Origin: a virus | Lineage: Duplodnaviria; Caudoviricetes | Reading direction: 5' to 3' (one strand) | Length of the DNA stretch: 31,741 nt | IMG/VR virus record: IMGVR_UViG_3300037506_000443 | Coordinates: 1-31,741 of that record | Shown: positions 27,275 through 31,741 of the stretch, one piece after another | Layout of the letters: every line of letters starts with the position of its first letter | How positions within the stretch are numbered: position 1 is the stretch's first letter | Program-made: the position numbers and the translations under genes | Notes under the pieces: model-generated | The model's database searches: none | The model's input: the letters and a program-made list of their open reading frames with translations, nothing else | What the model was told of the DNA's origin: nothing

Positions 27275-27742
27275 TCAATTGCCGCTCGTCAACATCGGCG
27301 GCATCGAACCAGTCTGATAGAGCTGCGCGATCTGCGGCGTTGCCCACTCCGACATCGTTTGGCCCGAAGGCAGCACAAGTTGCGCCATGAACGCCTGCTC
27401 CAGCGTTTCGATACCTGACTCAACGGCTTCCATCTTGGCCGTGATAACCAGGAGCAAGGCGCGCCAGCGCTGAGCAATGGCCTGATCCCGTGCCGCCTCC
27501 ATTTCCCCTGGTGTCATGGGCCGCGTGGCAAACTGGTTCACACGCTTGCGCTCAAACTCCGTAGTTTCAGGCAGTGACACCGAGAACCGGAACCGTCGGC
27601 CCTGCATTTCAAAGCCAAGCTGGATAGCCGTACCTAGATCGACAATACCGAACTTGGTCGCGCCATACCGCCTCAACGCTTTCTGGATATCAGTCATTGA
27701 TCTTTCTGGACTGACTTTGGTCTCCGACGCATACTTCGCCAT
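27275..27742 (-). CDS. Hypothetical phage protein
   Basis: 155 aa: YASETKVSPERS...RWRALLLVITAKMEAVESGI...F resembles a recurrent phage early-gene type (recalled, not searched). Confidence 0.75.
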   Translation of the reverse strand: MAKYASETKVSPERSMTDIQKALRRYGATKFGIVDLGTAIQLGFEMQGRRFRFSVSLPETTEFERKRVNQFATRPMTPGEMEAARDQAIAQRWRALLLVITAKMEAVESGIETLEQAFMAQLVLPSGQTMSEWATPQIAQLYQTGSMPPMLTSGN

Positions 27743-27764
27743 CTCTTACCCCTTCCTGGCTGCA

Positions 27765-28415
27765 TTAAAAGTCGATCTCTTCCTCGTCATCCTGATCGAT
27801 CCAATCGAAGTCGTCAGGGTTATCCGACGGATCGAGAAAATCATCCTCACCCAGCGGATCATTCCATGCCATCGGCTCTGAGTGCCAGGGGTCAACCGGC
27901 AGCCCGCCCATGTTATCCAGTGCTTGCCTGGTCAATTGCAGCATGTCGTCTTGCGACGGATGTTCGTCGTGGGCCAATTCAGCCGAGCGCTTGCCCTGCC
28001 CTTTCCAGCGCCGAGCGTATACGAAGGCGTGATACAGCACCCGTTCGCCACTCTTCGCCGTGTGATACATGTCAAACTCGGCGTACTGCCAATGCGCCGC
28101 CTTCACGCGAAAGTCCTGCGGGCAGCCAAACGACAATAGCCCTGGGGCATAGTCGCACAGATCGAAGGCCAGGGCGACACGATATTCCTTCGTCGGCTGC
28201 GGGGGCTGCTCTGGGCGCTTGTTGCCCTGCCTCTCCCACTGCTGCCAGCCCCACTCTTCGTCGATACTGTGATCAGACACGATCACCAGGCAGTCTGGGC
28301 AATCCCACTGTCCAACCGGGCGCGATGGTTCGCCAGTGAGCACATTACCGGCCAGCAGCACGCCGTTCATCAACATGTTTCGCCCGCATTCAGGGCATTT
28401 CAATGGTTCGTTCAC
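27765..28415 (-). CDS. Zn-ribbon-containing hypothetical protein with acidic tail
   Basis: 216 aa: CPEC...CPDC, D/E-rich C-terminus, GGAG RBS. Confidence 0.7.
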   Translation of the reverse strand: MNEPLKCPECGRNMLMNGVLLAGNVLTGEPSRPVGQWDCPDCLVIVSDHSIDEEWGWQQWERQGNKRPEQPPQPTKEYRVALAFDLCDYAPGLLSFGCPQDFRVKAAHWQYAEFDMYHTAKSGERVLYHAFVYARRWKGQGKRSAELAHDEHPSQDDMLQLTRQALDNMGGLPVDPWHSEPMAWNDPLGEDDFLDPSDNPDDFDWIDQDDEEEIDF

Positions 28416-28437
28416 CCTCGCCCTCTCCTGTTACAGG

Positions 28438-28626
28438 TCAGATCGAAAACTGAGTGCAAAGCACGGCCAGCGACCAGAAATCCACCCATCCGTGACCATC
28501 ACGCTGGTACACAGCCACACGTCGCAGCGGTTGCTTACAGCGCCCGCAGCAACGGACACCCCGGATAAAACACACGGTTCGCCCACCGCATGGGCAGATT
28601 GGCTTGTTTGCCTTACGAAGCCTCAT
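28438..28626 (-). CDS. Small Cys-rich hypothetical protein
   Basis: 62 aa: CPCGG...CCGRC. Fills the gap in the operon. Confidence 0.5.
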   Translation of the reverse strand: MRLRKANKPICPCGGRTVCFIRGVRCCGRCKQPLRRVAVYQRDGHGWVDFWSLAVLCTQFSI

Positions 28627-28843
28627 AGATCCCCCTTTGCTCGGTGTCCATTTCGATCAACAGCCGGTTGGCCTCAGCCTTGCAATCGCGGCGGGCAGCT
28701 TCCAGGGTCAGGCCATGCACTTCTGCGATTCGCTCAGCGCGCATGAGAATGACCTGATCAAGAATCATCTGAGCGGCGATTGATCCTTCACGAAGTTGCC
28801 TATGAAGCTGCTGAATGTAATCAATGAATTGTTGTGCTGTCAT
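28613..28843 (-). CDS. Hypothetical protein
   Basis: 76 aa, starts 3 nt after the initiator stop, GGAGGT RBS. Confidence 0.7.
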   Translation of the reverse strand: MTAQQFIDYIQQLHRQLREGSIAAQMILDQVILMRAERIAEVHGLTLEAARRDCKAEANRLLIEMDTEQRGIYEAS

Positions 28844-28846
28844 GGC

Positions 28847-31741
28847 CTACGCCACCTCCCCCAACTTTGGTTCGAGCGGTTCTGGCACCGCACGGCATTC
28901 AATCGCTACCTCTGGTTCACCAGCCTGCTCAGGTCGATAGAACTGGTTGAAACTTTTCGCCATCGAATGCAGCAGGTGATCATTAACCCAGGCTGCCGCG
29001 TAACCATGGGGGGCTTCAACTACCAATCGACCCGGCTCAAACCGAACCGGGTCGAGACGCTGTACCCAGGCAGCAAAGGTAGAAGCATTAAGCTGGATCT
29101 GAAGCTGACCCGACAAGGCGAGCCAGGCGTCTTTCACTCGCCCCGGTATTGCACCCCGCCCCCTGCAGATACATTCGCTCTTCGGCCTGACGCAACGTTC
29201 GCAGTTCAGACGGTGCCATTCTTCGGCATAGCGCTGCTCATAATCCTCTTTACGCTTCTGATCATGGCTCTCCCAATTCAACCCGCCCTGGTGAGCGTTA
29301 TAGCTCCTGAGTACACGCGGATCGACAGGGATATTCTTCGTTGCGCAACTGCGGATATATTCAATCCGCGCCTTCAGATCTTTACCGGGAGCCTGCGCAT
29401 TGAGGTCGTGCTGGATATGCCCAATGTTTTGAACCAACTTTTCGAGGCTGGGCGGCTCGCCTTTAGTGCCGGGCCAGATTGTGGGCCACACCTCAGTACG
29501 GAATCTGATCACGTCTTCGGCCCGGATGCCCGCCTGGAATAGATTGAGCACATCGATCTGAGCCATCGGGCGCAGCGCATAATTCACGCCGCACACCGCC
29601 CCTACCGTGTAGGCCAGTGCCTGAAACTCAAAGTTGGCAACATGGGCTGGCAAGTCGCTGGCCGCTGGCACCAGCCCCAACGACACAGGAGAAGCGGCCT
29701 GCTCAGGCATCGCTCCATTGGCACCATGCCTACTCGCTCTGCTGGCTTTGATATGTCGGCTCACATGCTCCAGGCTCATCAGCTTCGGGCGTCCTGACTC
29801 CTGGTTCGCCCACGCCAAATAGCCTGGGTAAGTCTCTGCGACGTATTGGGCTACCTCCTGGATCGTGATCCCTTCAGCAAGCATGGCCCGTGCAATGGGC
29901 CGATTCCGCCCATACGCAGGTTTGCCCGGTGGTCGGAAGGGTTCCGGGATAGCGTAATGGTAAGCGTTGATCAGACCGATCTCTGGCTCGACAAGATCGG
30001 AGTTCAGCGCTTTCTCGCAGGTCTTGCAGGCGTGAAGAAACTCACCTTTCGACTGTACAATCTCAGGCAACTTGGCAAGGGCAATTCCGCACGCGCTTTT
30101 GTCCCGCCCTGGCAGGACTGCGTGTTTGGTTGGATGGACTCGGCTTGCGACTCGCCATTGGATTTGCCCCTCTCCGCCGTTTGGAAGTGTGATCCCTGGC
30201 TCGACAAGATTGGAGTTCAACGCCTTCTCGCACATCTTGCAAGCCCGATACTCCACGCCCGGCTTGGGCGATCTGAGAAGATGCGTCAGCAATTGCCCGC
30301 AGGCGGTTGCCTTTTCGCCTGGGCGGACAGCGTGCTTCGTCGCCCCTCGATGGCTGGCATACATCCAAACGATGTCCCTCTCCACCGCTGGCGCTGGCCG
30401 TGCTTTCGCCAGCCGCCGAATCTCCTCGTCAGGCATCGCAGCCAACAATGCCAGTGCCGCACCCCACGCAGCTTCCGACGGATGGTGGTAGACAATCGGC
30501 TTGCCGCGCACCTCTGGCAGGGCTGCCAATAATTCTGGGTCGGAAAGAATGGCCTCGCGCGATTTTTCGGTCACTTCTTCGCGAGTGCCATCATCACCGC
30601 AGAGATACCGGGCCTTCCAGCGGCTTTCAGCTACCCAGGGCGTTTCCTTGCCAACATAAATGTGCTGGTCATCGTGCAGCCGCCCGGCCACGCGCTGGTA
30701 AGAGATCACCCGCCCCGGCTTGGGCGATTCGTCAATAGGGGGAAGCATGGAGTCAAGCAGCGCCTGGAACTCAGCTTCGGGCATGTTCGCCAACTCTGCA
30801 AGCACGTCACCATGACACGGATCTGGCGAGCACCAGCACACCAGCACCTTCCCTCGAAGCGCCGGGATCTGGGCCATTAGATCCTTGTCCTGAAGCAGCC
30901 ACTGCCGATATTGCTTGATGACCTTCTCTCTGTCAGAGAGTAGCTCCATCTTAAACGGGTTTCCCCATCCGCTGTCGGCAAGGTTGTTCCGCACGTTGGA
31001 TCTGCCAATATACACGTACTCATCGCTGTTCCATTTGCCGGTGACGACGTTGTAGTGCTCGCGAACATCGTGAAAGTTCACTATGCGGGTAAGGGGGGTG
31101 GCCGGAACTGGGGGGTTCGGGGAATTCATTTCCTCGGAGTCGCTTGTCGTAAAAGCGTTCTCCGTTCCAGGCGCAACAAAATGCGTGTAGGTAGGCGTAC
31201 CCTGCTCCTGAAAATTTAATTCGTTCGGATGGGTGGGTGGGGTCGATGCGGTGGCAGCCGCGTAAGCTATTCCGTCAGGAATAGCTTTTTTAAATTCTGG
31301 ATATCCAGAAGAGTCTGGATCTATAGGATGTGAACTCAGGTTCACGTCCGCCGTAAACTCAAGTTCATTTGGCCCTTCCTCAACTTGAGTTTCTTTGGGT
31401 TTGTGGCTTGGGCGGCCACCGACCCCTTTTCGGCTTCTACGAATCCGACCCCCTTCAGGTTTAGCCCAATTGCGCTCAGCCCGAAATTGACGGCAATCCT
31501 CTTGAGCTTCAAACACGTGGTAAAAGTTGCAGACGCGCCCATGCTTAGTTGTTCTGCTTCGGACGATGATCCAGTCCTTAAGTTCCAATTCGCGCGCCCG
31601 ATTCGTCACCGTCGTTTCGGAAATACCGAGTGCTTCCGCGATGGTGCTGCGTCGCAATTTGTCGCCGCAGCGCCAGTGCAGATGGGCATATAGCCTCACT
31701 GCGCCGTCAGTCACCTCTTGATCGTGCAGCAGCGACTCCAT
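28847..31741 (-). CDS. Multidomain phage replication initiator (wHTH ... DnaA domain-I-like); may be N-terminally truncated by the window edge
   Basis: N-terminal DGAVRLYAHL...TIAEALGISETTVTNRARELELKDWI wHTH; DUF4326-like YIGR...WGNPF...LVCWCSPDPCHGDVL; C-terminal AWLALSGQLQIQLNASTFAAWV...LVVEAPHGYAAAWV. Confidence 0.85.
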   Translation of the reverse strand: MESLLHDQEVTDGAVRLYAHLHWRCGDKLRRSTIAEALGISETTVTNRARELELKDWIIVRSRTTKHGRVCNFYHVFEAQEDCRQFRAERNWAKPEGGRIRRSRKGVGGRPSHKPKETQVEEGPNELEFTADVNLSSHPIDPDSSGYPEFKKAIPDGIAYAAATASTPPTHPNELNFQEQGTPTYTHFVAPGTENAFTTSDSEEMNSPNPPVPATPLTRIVNFHDVREHYNVVTGKWNSDEYVYIGRSNVRNNLADSGWGNPFKMELLSDREKVIKQYRQWLLQDKDLMAQIPALRGKVLVCWCSPDPCHGDVLAELANMPEAEFQALLDSMLPPIDESPKPGRVISYQRVAGRLHDDQHIYVGKETPWVAESRWKARYLCGDDGTREEVTEKSREAILSDPELLAALPEVRGKPIVYHHPSEAAWGAALALLAAMPDEEIRRLAKARPAPAVERDIVWMYASHRGATKHAVRPGEKATACGQLLTHLLRSPKPGVEYRACKMCEKALNSNLVEPGITLPNGGEGQIQWRVASRVHPTKHAVLPGRDKSACGIALAKLPEIVQSKGEFLHACKTCEKALNSDLVEPEIGLINAYHYAIPEPFRPPGKPAYGRNRPIARAMLAEGITIQEVAQYVAETYPGYLAWANQESGRPKLMSLEHVSRHIKASRASRHGANGAMPEQAASPVSLGLVPAASDLPAHVANFEFQALAYTVGAVCGVNYALRPMAQIDVLNLFQAGIRAEDVIRFRTEVWPTIWPGTKGEPPSLEKLVQNIGHIQHDLNAQAPGKDLKARIEYIRSCATKNIPVDPRVLRSYNAHQGGLNWESHDQKRKEDYEQRYAEEWHRLNCERCVRPKSECICRGRGAIPGRVKDAWLALSGQLQIQLNASTFAAWVQRLDPVRFEPGRLVVEAPHGYAAAWVNDHLLHSMAKSFNQFYRPEQAGEPEVAIECRAVPEPLEPKLGEVA
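29983..30244. repeat. Imperfect 49-bp direct repeat (29983-30031 and 30196-30244) marking a duplicated Zn-finger domain
   Basis: 43/49 identical, period 213 bp (71 codons). Both copies encode ACKxCEKALNSxLVEP. Confidence 0.9.
31264..31391. promoter_or_regulatory. Putative replication origin inside the initiator gene
   Basis: Three AACTCARGTT copies (31333, 31356, 31382 inverted), inverted repeats AAGCTATTCC-N4-GGAATAGCTT (31264-87) and ATCCAGA-N4-TCTGGAT (31303-20), and an AT-rich tract, all just downstream of the wHTH coding part. Confidence 0.7.

Larger units (their letters stand above)
1..31741 (-). mobile_element. Siphovirus-type phage/prophage segment (replication, partition, packaging, head, tail), possibly a phage-plasmid
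   Basis: Co-oriented, tightly packed minus-strand genes in canonical order terS-terL-portal-head-neck-tail tube-chaperones-TMP-Dit-Tal. No sheath gene. parA/parB present. The element extends beyond both edges. Confidence 0.97.

Noticed and set aside
27240-27347. Extended N-termini from the ORF track for parA (also GNAT 12322, stopper 10388, portal 18745)
   Set aside because: The extensions overlap upstream genes, and downstream ATGs have an RBS or stop-start coupling and begin at the family motif.
29624-29635. AAACTCAAAGTT as another copy of the dispersed motif (also AAACTTGAAGTA at ~22507)
   Set aside because: The spacer is one base too long, breaking the AAC-N4-GTT geometry, so these were not counted.
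29983-30244. 49-bp repeat pair as a diversity-generating retroelement TR/VR
   Set aside because: Mismatches are not adenine-specific, both copies are in frame within one gene, and no reverse transcriptase is present. It is a domain duplication.
1-31741. CRISPR array, att sites, lysis cassette, rRNA
   Set aside because: No regularly spaced repeats or recognisable genes were seen by eye. Lysis and any integration genes may lie outside the window.

Overview
This window is a continuous piece of a tailed dsDNA phage or prophage genome of siphovirus type (about 60% GC), with every credible gene on the minus strand. Reading right to left: (1) an unusually modular replication initiator (wHTH, internal origin-like region, 2x DUF4326-like, 2x Zn-finger, 2x helical repeat, DnaA domain-I-like C-terminus); (2) small early genes and a parA-parB pair, suggesting a plasmid-like prophage; (3) a Zn-finger/GIY-YIG/resolvase-HTH nuclease and a stand-alone LexA-type DNA-binding protein; (4) a terminator and structured leader; (5) terS, terL, portal, Mu-F-like head protein, protease-scaffold, decoration protein and major capsid; (6) a GT-B glycosyltransferase, PseH-like acetyltransferase and GT2 glycosyltransferase cassette coupled directly behind the capsid gene; (7) neck, tail tube, chaperones with a probable +1 frameshift, tape measure, Dit, a mosaic fibre, and a Tal-like protein that the ORF track missed because it runs to the left edge. 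The most notable signals are a quasi-palindrome AACTCARGTT found 8 times (3 clustered in the initiator gene, 5 dispersed), the capsid-linked glycosylation/acetylation cassette, and the paired-domain initiator. No integrase, lysis genes, tRNA or CRISPR array were seen. A Chloroflexota-like host is only a weak impression. All family assignments come from motifs recognised by eye plus gene order, not from database searches.
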